Source: Flavobacteriales bacterium
Lineage (GTDB): Bacteria; Bacteroidota; Bacteroidia; Flavobacteriales_D; Sanyastnellaceae
Assembly (NCBI GenBank): GCA_045104985.1
Contig: JBGCDA010000064.1
Location: 24,127 to 88,126 of the forward strand
Length of the DNA: 64,000 bases
Reading direction: 5' to 3'
Shown: positions 25,850-34,445 of the stretch, in pieces
How the letters are laid out: each line of letters opens with the position of its first letter
Numbering within the stretch: position 1 is the first letter of the stretch
Notes under the pieces: model-generated
The model's database searches: none
Told to the model about the DNA's origin: nothing
The model's input: the letters and a program-made list of their open reading frames with translations, nothing else
Position numbers and translations under genes: made by a program

Positions 25850-27631
25850 TTACATTCTTTCTGGCATGTCTATGCCTAATAACTTCATTCCTGATTTTAT
25901 AACGTTAGCTGTTAATCTAGAGAAGTGTAGTCTTAAACTTACTAAATCTTCGTCCTGTTCCTTGAGAATATTTGTACTTTGATAAAACGAGTTGTAATCT
26001 TTAACTAATTCATAAATGTAATTGGCTAAAACCCCAGGATTATAGAGCTTAGCAGATTCTGCTAATACAGCAGAATAATCATAAAGCCGTTTAATTACTT
26101 GTTTTTCAGAATCTGAAATGTCAAGATCTCTTTTAATCGTATCTGATAAAGCATTGGCTTTCTTAAGAATAGCATTAGCACGTACATTGGTGTACTGTAT
26201 AAAAGGCCCTGTGTTCCCTTGAAAATCTACTGACTCTGCAGGATTAAACATCATTCCTTTTCTAGGGTCTACCTTTAGAAGGTAATATTTTAATGCGCCA
26301 TAGCCTATTTTCTTAAAGGTATCATACTTTTCATCTTCTGAAAGATCGTCTAGTTTACCTTTACTTTCAGCTTCTTTTCTAGCAGTATCTATCATTTCTG
26401 CCAATAAGTCATCAGCATCTACCACTGTTCCTTCTCTAGATTTCATTTTTCCCTCTGGCAGTTCTACCATTCCATAACTCAGGTGCAGGTTACTTTTAGC
26501 CTGAGAAAAACCTAGTTTTTCGAGTATTAAAAAGAGTACTTTAAAGTGATATTCCTGCTCGTTTCCTACAGTATAAATCTGATAGCCTAGGTTAGGATAG
26601 TCTTGAAATCTAAGAATAGCGGTTCCTATATCCTGAGTCATGTAAACTGCCGTTCCATCACCTCTTAATACTAATTTCTCGTCTAATCCATCTCCGGTGA
26701 GATCACACCAAACAGAGCCATCGTCTTTTTTGAATAACGCACCAGAAGCCAGTCCTTTTTCTACCTCTTCTTTTCCTTTTAGGTAAGTGTTAGACTCGTA
26801 ATAAAGCTTATCGAAGTCTACACCCATTTCAGTATATGTATGCTCAAAGCCTCCATAAACCCAGCTGTTCATTTTTTTCCATAAGGCATAAACTTCAGGG
26901 TCTTTAGCTTCCCATTTACGAAGCATCTCTTGGGCTTCTGAGAGGATAGGTGCGGTTTTCTCAGCAGTTTCTTGACTTGAACCGTTACTTACTAGTCCCT
27001 TAATTTGAGTTTTATATTCCTGATCAAATCTAACATAGTATTTGCCGACCAGCTTGTCTCCTTTAATTCCAGAGCTTTCTGGGGTTTCTCCTTCTCCGAA
27101 TTTCTGCCATGCTACCATACTTTTACAAATATGGATGCCACGGTCGTTTATGATCTGAACCTTATAGATTTTATGCCCATTGGCTTTTAGAATTTCAGCT
27201 ACGGCATAGCCTAAAAAGTTATTCCTTAAATGGCCTAAGTGCAGGGGTTTATTAGTGTTAGGGGAGGAGTACTCCACCATAATTTCACTTTCAGAATTAG
27301 CAGGTTTAAACCCAAACTTAGGATTAGAACTAGATTCTTCCAGAAAGTTTATCCAATAATTAGAGTCTATTTCTAAGTTCAGAAAACCCTTAACCACGTT
27401 AAAACCTACCACTTCCGATAAGTCATTTAATAGAGCATTTCCTATAGCTTCTGCAGTGAGCTCAGGAGAAGTTTTACTCATTCTTAAAAACGGAAATACT
27501 ACCACAGTTCTGTCTCCTGTAAACTCTTTTTTAGTCTCTTGAACTGAAACATTTTCACTCGGAAAATCTGAACTGTATAGCGCTTTAATGGCATTAGAAA
27601 CGCCATTAGAAATTATATTCTCTAAAGTCAT
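25850..27631 (-). CDS. argS: Arginine--tRNA ligase
   Basis: Class I HIGH motif (PLHLGHLRN), DALR anticodon-binding C-terminal region ending in M; 593 aa. Confidence 0.95.
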   Translation of the reverse strand: MTLENIISNGVSNAIKALYSSDFPSENVSVQETKKEFTGDRTVVVFPFLRMSKTSPELTAEAIGNALLNDLSEVVGFNVVKGFLNLEIDSNYWINFLEESSSNPKFGFKPANSESEIMVEYSSPNTNKPLHLGHLRNNFLGYAVAEILKANGHKIYKVQIINDRGIHICKSMVAWQKFGEGETPESSGIKGDKLVGKYYVRFDQEYKTQIKGLVSNGSSQETAEKTAPILSEAQEMLRKWEAKDPEVYALWKKMNSWVYGGFEHTYTEMGVDFDKLYYESNTYLKGKEEVEKGLASGALFKKDDGSVWCDLTGDGLDEKLVLRGDGTAVYMTQDIGTAILRFQDYPNLGYQIYTVGNEQEYHFKVLFLILEKLGFSQAKSNLHLSYGMVELPEGKMKSREGTVVDADDLLAEMIDTARKEAESKGKLDDLSEDEKYDTFKKIGYGALKYYLLKVDPRKGMMFNPAESVDFQGNTGPFIQYTNVRANAILKKANALSDTIKRDLDISDSEKQVIKRLYDYSAVLAESAKLYNPGVLANYIYELVKDYNSFYQSTNILKEQDEDLVSLRLHFSRLTANVIKSGMKLLGIDMPERM

Positions 27632-27638
27632 GTTTGGA

Positions 27639-28580
27639 TTAAATCTTAGGTAAAAACACTTCTGCCATCATACATCTGGCACTTCCGCCACCACAAATTT
27701 CTATTGTATCTATAGCGCTGTGAATGATTTCGTTAAAGCTTGTGAGTTGCTCTATTTGGTCTTTTTCTAGTGAGTTGAAAGCCGCTGAAGACATTACCAA
27801 GTAGGATTTGCCTTCTTCATTAAACACTTGAAGCATATTTCCCGCAAAATGTTCTTTTTGGTCTTCAGTAATTTCTACTATGGTCTTACCAGTTTTTTCT
27901 ATCACATCTATCACTCTCATGCGCTCTTCTATAGCATCTATACTGTCTAAGCAGATGACTGCATATTTATCCGCTATGCACATCATAACGTTAGTGTGGT
28001 AGATGAGCTTTCGCTCTTCATTTACTGATTGCAACGCGGAAAATGCGCATTTTACGTAGCTGAACTGCTCACAAAAGTGATCCAGTGCACCCTGATCCGT
28101 TCTTACAGAAAGTGCTGCGTAGCAAATTTTATTTACCCTATCAAGCACCATACTCCCAGTGCCTTCTAGAAACTTATTATGTTCTTCGAACTCGGTGAAA
28201 TCTACTATTTCTTCTACTTTAAAACCATAATGATTTCTGAGTAGGTCTATAATATCTTCTCTTCTTTCGGCTCTTCTGTTTTCAGCAAACATGGGGTATA
28301 AGCCTACTCTAGCATCTGCGTGAAAAGATATCCAGTTGTTTGGGAAAATTGAATCTGGAGTATCAGGATCAGAGGTATCCTCCACTACTATTACTTTTAC
28401 TCCTTTATCAGTGAGTTTTTCTACAAAAGTGTTGAATTCTTGAAGTGCTTTTTCTTGCACATTTTCAGAAGTGAGGTTTTCTAATGCAGATTGGTAGTAG
28501 TTATTTACTGCTGTCTGCTCATTCATTCTGAAGCACACAGGCTGAATCATCAGAATGTTAGACGTAGATTGTTTATTCAT
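27639..28580 (-). CDS. ctlX: Amidinotransferase-fold hydrolase, CtlX-like (citrulline utilisation hydrolase family)
   Basis: 313 aa, N-terminal MIQPVCFRMNEQTA and C-terminal catalytic Cys context GGGSARCMMAEVF. Confidence 0.7.
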   Translation of the reverse strand: MNKQSTSNILMIQPVCFRMNEQTAVNNYYQSALENLTSENVQEKALQEFNTFVEKLTDKGVKVIVVEDTSDPDTPDSIFPNNWISFHADARVGLYPMFAENRRAERREDIIDLLRNHYGFKVEEIVDFTEFEEHNKFLEGTGSMVLDRVNKICYAALSVRTDQGALDHFCEQFSYVKCAFSALQSVNEERKLIYHTNVMMCIADKYAVICLDSIDAIEERMRVIDVIEKTGKTIVEITEDQKEHFAGNMLQVFNEEGKSYLVMSSAAFNSLEKDQIEQLTSFNEIIHSAIDTIEICGGGSARCMMAEVFLPKI

Positions 28581-28589
28581 TTTGAAGTA

Positions 28590-29507
28590 CTATATGGCGC
28601 GCAGCAAAGGTAGGGTAGAACATCTAAGGAGGCCTTCCATTTTAGCAATCTCTCTGTAGCTAATTTCAGAAACTGTATACCCGTTTTGCCTTAAAAAATC
28701 ATTTACCTGAGTAAAGCTAGAATCTGAGATGACGTGGTTTGGAGCTAAAGAAAAAATATTAGCACCCATTTCATACATCTGGTCTGCATCAATTAATAGA
28801 CAATTTTCTTTTCCGAAAAGATCGACTAGCCAATGGAAATCCTCATTGTTTTTAAAGCCATTCTCATGGATTATGGCGTGACCTAGGCCTAACGGCTGAA
28901 AACAGCAGTCGAGATGTAAAGCATTTTTTCTAGGGTCCGTATCACTTTTTGAAAGTTCAAAAGCTTTTATAGTTTTTTCTGGAAATAAGTCTTTAAAAAA
29001 GTTAACTCCGTTTCTATTGGTTCTAGCCACCTTATAATTAGTGAAATCTGGTTCTTGAGCATAACCTATAAATAGGTAATCATTATGAGGCATAATATCT
29101 CCACCTTCAAATCGAACTCCTTCTGGTGCTCTAATAATATCATCTTCAGAAATGTTGTCTATAACTCCCGTAATGGCATTTATTTCACGCTCACGTTCTT
29201 CGATAATATTTGCTATAATGAATTTTTGATCTATTACACATGCTATATCTCTAGAAAAAATCTGATTATAGTCTTGGATAACACTTGGTCTAACTACCTC
29301 AATTTTATTCTTGATAAGAACATCATGAAATGTATCCATTTCTTTAATCACATCTTCTTCAGTAGGAAAAGTCCCATTTAGAATATGTTCTTTAGATTTA
29401 GGATCATAGGTCTCGTTAATATCGGGGACGCCACCTAGAGAGTGTGGGTTTCCTAGCACCACTTTGACCAGTTGAGAGAATTCATTTGTGACGTTTAATT
29501 TCTGCAT
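28590..29507 (-). CDS. Arginine deiminase / dimethylarginine dimethylaminohydrolase-family amidinotransferase (start moved to ATG 29507)
   Basis: C-terminal catalytic Cys context GLLRCSTLPL. The first 44 residues of the track ORF are Cys/Asn-rich non-protein-like sequence lying over the promoter region. Confidence 0.7.
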   Translation of the reverse strand: MQKLNVTNEFSQLVKVVLGNPHSLGGVPDINETYDPKSKEHILNGTFPTEEDVIKEMDTFHDVLIKNKIEVVRPSVIQDYNQIFSRDIACVIDQKFIIANIIEEREREINAITGVIDNISEDDIIRAPEGVRFEGGDIMPHNDYLFIGYAQEPDFTNYKVARTNRNGVNFFKDLFPEKTIKAFELSKSDTDPRKNALHLDCCFQPLGLGHAIIHENGFKNNEDFHWLVDLFGKENCLLIDADQMYEMGANIFSLAPNHVISDSSFTQVNDFLRQNGYTVSEISYREIAKMEGLLRCSTLPLLRAI

Positions 29508-29675
29508 GTATAAAGTTATTGTCACAAATGTACATTTCTTCCGTATATATATGTCACAGTTATAAATATGTCGATTTGAATTTACGCACAATGAGTTAGT
29601 AGCAAAGAAGTGATGACTAAGCTTCTTACAAATATTCATTATTTTATAATTGACAATTATTAAGACGATTAAGCT

Positions 29676-30422
29676 ATGTTAAATCAATTGAAAGGATTAA
29701 TAATCATATTGCTTGCAAGTGTCGCTTTGTTTGGGTGTTTAGAAAATAATACCAACTCTAAATCGGATGCTGAAGTAAATGAAGAAGGTCAGATTGTACA
29801 AGGAGAGGTTGTTTATTCGGTTGAATTCCCATATATAAACGATCCTACATTGATCAAGTGGTTTCCTACAGAATACACCACAAAATTTAATAAAAATGAA
29901 ATTTATGGTGAGATGAACTCAAGAATGAATGTAATCACTAATAGATTTTATAGCAATCAGGAAGCATTTGAATTAAAACAGACTTTGGAAAATATGTCAG
30001 GAAATTATTTGAGTGAACTTACCGCAGAAGATGTAAACTCTATGGTTAATCAAATGCCAGATATGATAATTTCTGAGCCTCACGGAGATACTTCTATAGT
30101 GGGGTTGAAGTGTAAAATAGCTTTTGCAGAATTTAAAATAGATTCAGTACCACCAGTAATATTGTATTACACAGAAGAGATAAAAGTCAATTCCCCTAAT
30201 TGGTTTAATCAGTTCAGAGGGTTTGATAAATTTTTATTAGGTTATGAAATAGAGCAGTTCGGAATGAGGATGAAACTCATGGCTAAAGAACTCAAAAAAG
30301 GGGAGCCTGACATAAGACTTGAGCAGATTTACGCTAGTAAGGAAAAAGAAGCTTACACCAGTTTAAGCGGTTCTGAACTTAAAAGCACTTTTAATCAGAT
30401 GCTCGTGGATTTTATGCAGTAG
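29676..30422 (+). CDS. Hypothetical lipoprotein
   Basis: Lipobox-like LFGC after a hydrophobic signal peptide. Confidence 0.55.
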   Translation: MLNQLKGLIIILLASVALFGCLENNTNSKSDAEVNEEGQIVQGEVVYSVEFPYINDPTLIKWFPTEYTTKFNKNEIYGEMNSRMNVITNRFYSNQEAFELKQTLENMSGNYLSELTAEDVNSMVNQMPDMIISEPHGDTSIVGLKCKIAFAEFKIDSVPPVILYYTEEIKVNSPNWFNQFRGFDKFLLGYEIEQFGMRMKLMAKELKKGEPDIRLEQIYASKEKEAYTSLSGSELKSTFNQMLVDFMQ

Positions 30423-31017
30423 CAAAATTTCTGAGGATTTCACTGACATTTAAATGTTCTAGTTTTAAAAATCCGAAGAAAACGTCAGGAACAATGTAGC
30501 ACTTACCCTCTTCTTTTATCACCATTAGTTGTCTTTTATCAGCATACTTCAGGGTCAAGTTTTCTCTATTTATTTCTACATTAGAATCTGAGTTTTGAGC
30601 TTCGGAGCTGAGTAAATCAAACATATTAATTGGGGTGTTCTCATGAAGTACCATTTCTATTTCAGAATGGTATTTTTGACAATAGACCTCTATCCCCAAA
30701 GAGTCGGCTATAAGAGTAGCCTCTTTATCGAATTCTAAATTAGAAATTTCAAATTTCTTTGTCGCGTTTAATTGATTGTAAAACATTTCTATTACAGCCT
30801 TTCTGTTCATGCTGTCATTGTATAATCTAGGATATAATAAATCTGGTATCACTTCAGCCGTTCTTTCATTATTTGCTTTACAATATTCTGAAATTACCGA
30901 TTCTATCTTAGTTTGTGTGCTTCTGGTGTCAACAGTCTCTGAAGGGCTGTTTTCCATAGAATCGCAGGCTCCAAGCACGAAAGTAAATGAAGTCATTAAT
31001 ATTAAGAATTGTTTCAT
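30412..31017 (-). CDS. Hypothetical lipoprotein
   Basis: Signal peptide with LGAC lipobox; converges on and overlaps the previous gene by 11 nt. Confidence 0.55.
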   Translation of the reverse strand: MKQFLILMTSFTFVLGACDSMENSPSETVDTRSTQTKIESVISEYCKANNERTAEVIPDLLYPRLYNDSMNRKAVIEMFYNQLNATKKFEISNLEFDKEATLIADSLGIEVYCQKYHSEIEMVLHENTPINMFDLLSSEAQNSDSNVEINRENLTLKYADKRQLMVIKEEGKCYIVPDVFFGFLKLEHLNVSEILRNFATA

Positions 31018-31030
31018 ATCTAGATTTTTT

Positions 31031-31039
31031 GCGTTGCAA
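31031..31039 (-). repeat. GCGTTGCAA-family motif, intergenic
   Basis: The minus strand reads TTGCAACGCAAAAAATCTAGATATG, 13 nt from the start of lipoprotein gene 30412-31017. Confidence 0.9.
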
Positions 31040-31047
31040 TTTTAACT

Positions 31048-31088
31048 TCAAAACCATAAGAAAAAGGTTGTTTTCTTATGGTTTTGAA
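31048..31088 (-). terminator. Hairpin downstream of gap
   Basis: Perfect 18-bp stem TTCAAAACCATAAGAAAA / TTTTCTTATGGTTTTGAA with U-rich arms. Confidence 0.65.
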
Positions 31089-31125
31089 GCCTGATTTTAT
31101 TTTTAATTCGGGTAAGAAATATAAA

Positions 31126-32589
31126 TTAATAATAAATATTTCTTCTCACCTTAGCTACATATTTAGCAAGTCGGATGACTTGCTTAGTATAGCCAAATTC
31201 ATTATCATACCATGTGTAGAGTACTATTTTTTTACCATCGCTAGAAACGATAGTTGCCGGGCTATCGAAGACTGCGCAGCATTCGTTGCCTATTATGTCA
31301 TTAGAAACCAACTCCTCGTTTTGAGAATAATAGATTTGATTTACTAATTCTCCATTTAGAGCGCTGTCCTTCATCAAGTGTTTTACTTGAGTTAAATCTG
31401 TTTTTTTATCTATTTGTAGATTCATAATAGCCAATGAGCCGTTTGGGGTAGGCACTCTTACCGCATTAGCAGTGAGTTTATCAGCTAATGACGGAATTAC
31501 TTTAGTAACTGCCTTGCCAGCTCCAGTCTCTGTTATTACCATATTTACAGCCGCTGACCTTCCTCTTCTATGCTTGCTATGCATATTATCTAAGAGATTC
31601 TGATCATTAGTGTAAGCGTGTACAGTTTCTATATGTCCTGAGAGGATGCCATACTTGTCATCTATGACCTTGAGTATAGGAGAAATAGCATTGGTAGTGC
31701 AGCTGGCTGCAGAAAACACATTTTCCTTTTCTATATCTAGGTCTCTGTGGTTTATTCCATATACAATATTCGGCACACCTTTTCCTGGTGCGGTGAGAAT
31801 AACTTTACTTACACCTTTAGATTTTAAGTGAAGACTAAGGGCTTCCCTATCTCTAAATACACCCGTATTATCTATGACTAGAGCATTAGAGATACCATAC
31901 TCCGTGTAGTCTATGGCATCTGGAGATTTAGATCCTATCATATTTACTCTTTGTCCATTAATGATTAAGCAGGAGTTAGGTATATCGGTTTCTACTGTTC
32001 CCTTAAAACTACCATGGACAGAATCATTTTCTAGCAGTGAAGCTCTTTTAGCTATAGAAACTTCATTTACAGACCTCATTACAATGGCTCTTAGTCTTAA
32101 TTGTTGGCCTTTTCCTGCTTGTTTTATTAACTCTCTGGCAGCTAGTCTTCCAATTCTCCCAAACCCGTATAAGATTACATCTCTAGGCTCAAGTGGTTTA
32201 CTTTCAGCTGTAAGAAAGTTTTGGAACTTGTCTTCTAAAAAGACCTTGATTGATTTATAAGTTTCTCTTTCTGTTAACCACTCATCGGCTAATTTTCCGA
32301 TGTCAATTTTAGCTGGTGCTAAATCCATTAGGTAAATTTCCTTGGCTAGTTCTGCAGAGTCAAATACTGATATAGATTTACCTACCATCTCGGCAGCATA
32401 TCTATGTAGCTTCAGCACTTCTGAAATGCTAGTGTCTACTAAATGATTCCTAAATAGCACAAGTTCTATGGACTTCTCGTACATTAATTTGCCTATAGAG
32501 TGTATTAAATCTACGGCTGCTTTTTCTTGATTAACGTAAACCCCCAGTTCATTGCTGTAAGTTTCCTGTGTTAATGCTGAATTTGACAT
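31126..32589 (-). CDS. gap: Glyceraldehyde-3-phosphate dehydrogenase (long ~480-aa form)
   Basis: Active-site SCTTNA (AASCTTNAISP), NAD-binding GFGRIGR, and an extra N-terminal ~130 aa. Confidence 0.9.
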   Translation of the reverse strand: MSNSALTQETYSNELGVYVNQEKAAVDLIHSIGKLMYEKSIELVLFRNHLVDTSISEVLKLHRYAAEMVGKSISVFDSAELAKEIYLMDLAPAKIDIGKLADEWLTERETYKSIKVFLEDKFQNFLTAESKPLEPRDVILYGFGRIGRLAARELIKQAGKGQQLRLRAIVMRSVNEVSIAKRASLLENDSVHGSFKGTVETDIPNSCLIINGQRVNMIGSKSPDAIDYTEYGISNALVIDNTGVFRDREALSLHLKSKGVSKVILTAPGKGVPNIVYGINHRDLDIEKENVFSAASCTTNAISPILKVIDDKYGILSGHIETVHAYTNDQNLLDNMHSKHRRGRSAAVNMVITETGAGKAVTKVIPSLADKLTANAVRVPTPNGSLAIMNLQIDKKTDLTQVKHLMKDSALNGELVNQIYYSQNEELVSNDIIGNECCAVFDSPATIVSSDGKKIVLYTWYDNEFGYTKQVIRLAKYVAKVRRNIYY

Positions 32590-32646
32590 TTGATGTAACT
32601 GTTATAAATTAATAATAAATGGGCTTTTTCATTGAAAGCCATTTTC

Positions 32647-32655
32647 GCGTTGCAA
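32647..32655 (-). repeat. GCGTTGCAA-family motif, left arm of an inverted pair
   Basis: Exact 9-mer 57 nt upstream of the gap ATG (minus strand). Confidence 0.9.
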
Positions 32656-32660
32656 AGGTA
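32653..32660 (-). promoter_or_regulatory. -7 box TACCTTTG upstream of gap, fused to a TTGCAACGC motif
   Basis: The minus strand reads TACCTTTGCAACGCG, 57 nt upstream of the ATG. Confidence 0.45.
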
Positions 32661-32685
32661 ACATTGAAATTTTCATTGCAACGCA

Positions 32686-32694
32686 TACCCAAGC
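32686..32694 (+). repeat. GCGTTGCAA-family motif, right arm of an inverted pair
   Basis: Exact reverse complement of 32647-32655, 30 nt away. Confidence 0.9.
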
Positions 32695-32760
32695 ACTACT
32701 TTAAGCACAAAACATCTTAGCAATTAACAATTGATCATCAAAGTAAAAAACTGAGACATG

Positions 32761-32800
32761 AAAAAACCTCTATTCCTAAAATAGAGGTCTTCAAAAAAAA
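32761..32800 (-). terminator. Intrinsic terminator of the HtrA-like gene
   Basis: ACCTCTAT..ATAGAGGT stem. On the minus strand it is followed by T6 and preceded by an A-run. Confidence 0.75.
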
Positions 32801-32813
32801 AGAATTTAGAGTT

Positions 32814-34277
32814 CTAAATACCAAATCCATAGTAAGCTTTTACTCCATTTTCATAAACCCCTTCTAGTAATATTCCACCTGATTTTTTACTAATAATCTT
32901 TTGGAACTCCTTAGCGCTTTTTACTTCTAGCCCATCTATCTTGGTTACTATAAATCCTTCTTTTATTCCACTAAAGCTTAGCTTTCCCCTTTCTAAGTTA
33001 ACCACTTGAGCACCTCCATCTATGCCTAACTTTGAGGCTACTGATTTATCTACATCATAAAAATCTGCGCCTAGCAAACTTAAAGCTTCTGTTTTTTCCA
33101 CCTTTTTAAGATCTGTTCCACCTTCTGTATCTCTTAATTCTACAGTTAATGTATTCTTTTTAGAATTTCTCCAAAGAGTAACTCCTACTTCATCTCCAGG
33201 TCGATATTTAGAAATTTGCTCTTGGAGTTGAGGCACGGAATTGACTTCTACCGAGTTTACTTCAAGGATGATGTCTCCTGACTTGATGCCTGCTTCAAAA
33301 GCAGCTCCATTCTCAGTTAAGTCACTTACATGTATGCCATTTACTGAAGGCAGATTAAACTCTTCTGCCATTTCTTCAGTTACAGGTTGAATTCTAACTC
33401 CAATATAAGCGCGTTGCACTTGGCCATATTGGATTAAGTCCTCCGCTACTTTACTAGCTATACTGCTAGGAACGGCAAAACTGTAGCCAGTAAAAGAGCC
33501 CGTTCTAGAGGCTATAGCAGTGTTTATTCCTATAAGCTCACCACTTGTATTAACCAGAGCACCTCCACTGTTACCTGGGTTCACTGCTGCGTCAGTTTGA
33601 ATAAACGACTCTATAGGGTATATCTGTTTACGGTAATCTGCGTTCAGTAGATTAATATTTCTAGCCTTTGCACTTACTATACCAGCTGTTACAGTAGAGG
33701 TGAGGTCGAAAGGATTTCCAACAGCTAATACCCACTGTCCGATTTTAACTTTTTCAGAATCTCCTATTTCTATAGCAGGTAGATTTTCACCTTTTATTTT
33801 AAGAACAGCTATATCTGTAGTAGGATCTGTGCCTACTAATTCCGCATCATAGGATTTATTGTCATTTAGGCTAACCTTAATCTTATCTGCACCATCTATT
33901 ACATGGTTATTAGTTATGATATAACCATCCTTAGAAATTATAACTCCAGAACCCGACCCATGCTGGATGTAGGGTTCCATGTTTTCAGAAGAACCGAAAA
34001 AATCTGCCCATGGATTATTTACATTTTGAACTTCTACTTCTGTTTTAACATGAACCACACCGTCTACTGTTTTAGAGGCGGCTAGTGTAAAATCATCTAC
34101 ACTAGCAGTAATAATTGGTGAGTTACTTACAAAATTGAAAGCAGGCTGGGGAGTTTCAGTTTTTAAGACAGAGGTGTTTTCTGTAGGGGTGTGAAAAAAA
34201 TATTTAGCTCCTGCTAAAGCTAAAAAACCACCTACAAATGCTGCTAATGTGAATGTTATTATTCTTTTCATGTTCAA
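32814..34277 (-). CDS. Periplasmic serine endoprotease, HtrA/DegQ family (trypsin domain + 2 PDZ)
   Basis: Catalytic triad contexts TNNHV, DIAVLK and GNSGGALVN. Two PDZ-like segments follow. Confidence 0.9.
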   Translation of the reverse strand: MNMKRIITFTLAAFVGGFLALAGAKYFFHTPTENTSVLKTETPQPAFNFVSNSPIITASVDDFTLAASKTVDGVVHVKTEVEVQNVNNPWADFFGSSENMEPYIQHGSGSGVIISKDGYIITNNHVIDGADKIKVSLNDNKSYDAELVGTDPTTDIAVLKIKGENLPAIEIGDSEKVKIGQWVLAVGNPFDLTSTVTAGIVSAKARNINLLNADYRKQIYPIESFIQTDAAVNPGNSGGALVNTSGELIGINTAIASRTGSFTGYSFAVPSSIASKVAEDLIQYGQVQRAYIGVRIQPVTEEMAEEFNLPSVNGIHVSDLTENGAAFEAGIKSGDIILEVNSVEVNSVPQLQEQISKYRPGDEVGVTLWRNSKKNTLTVELRDTEGGTDLKKVEKTEALSLLGADFYDVDKSVASKLGIDGGAQVVNLERGKLSFSGIKEGFIVTKIDGLEVKSAKEFQKIISKKSGGILLEGVYENGVKAYYGFGI

Positions 34278-34354
34278 TTATTTTTTTCTAGTTTATCAAA
34301 CTTAACGCCAATTTATTTTTTTATGATAAGATGTCAGTCTTAATTATTGTTAAG

Positions 34355-34386
34355 CAAAAAAGGAAGGCCGAGGCCTTCCTTTTTAA
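34355..34386 (-). terminator. Intrinsic terminator of the 1150-aa gene (bidirectional shape)
   Basis: AGGAAGGCC-GA-GGCCTTCCT flanked by A6 and T5. Confidence 0.8.
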
Positions 34387-34445
34387 TAAATATTTCTAAG
34401 TTTTAATTAAGGAGTTACATTTAACAGTGTCCTTATGCTTTCTGT

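Noticed and set aside
29508-29639. The 44-residue N-terminal extension of ORF 28590-29639.
   Set aside because: The translation (NICKKLSHHFFATNSLCVNSNRHIYNCDIYIRKKC..) is not protein-like and lies over the AT-rich divergent promoter region. An internal ATG at 29507 gives a normal family N-terminus.
32725-32735. The 11-mer TAACAATTGAT shared with 62081-62091 (the clpS/WD40 divergent region) as a second regulatory motif.
   Set aside because: Only two copies exist. Repeated AT-rich 11-mers are expected by chance many times in 64 kb.
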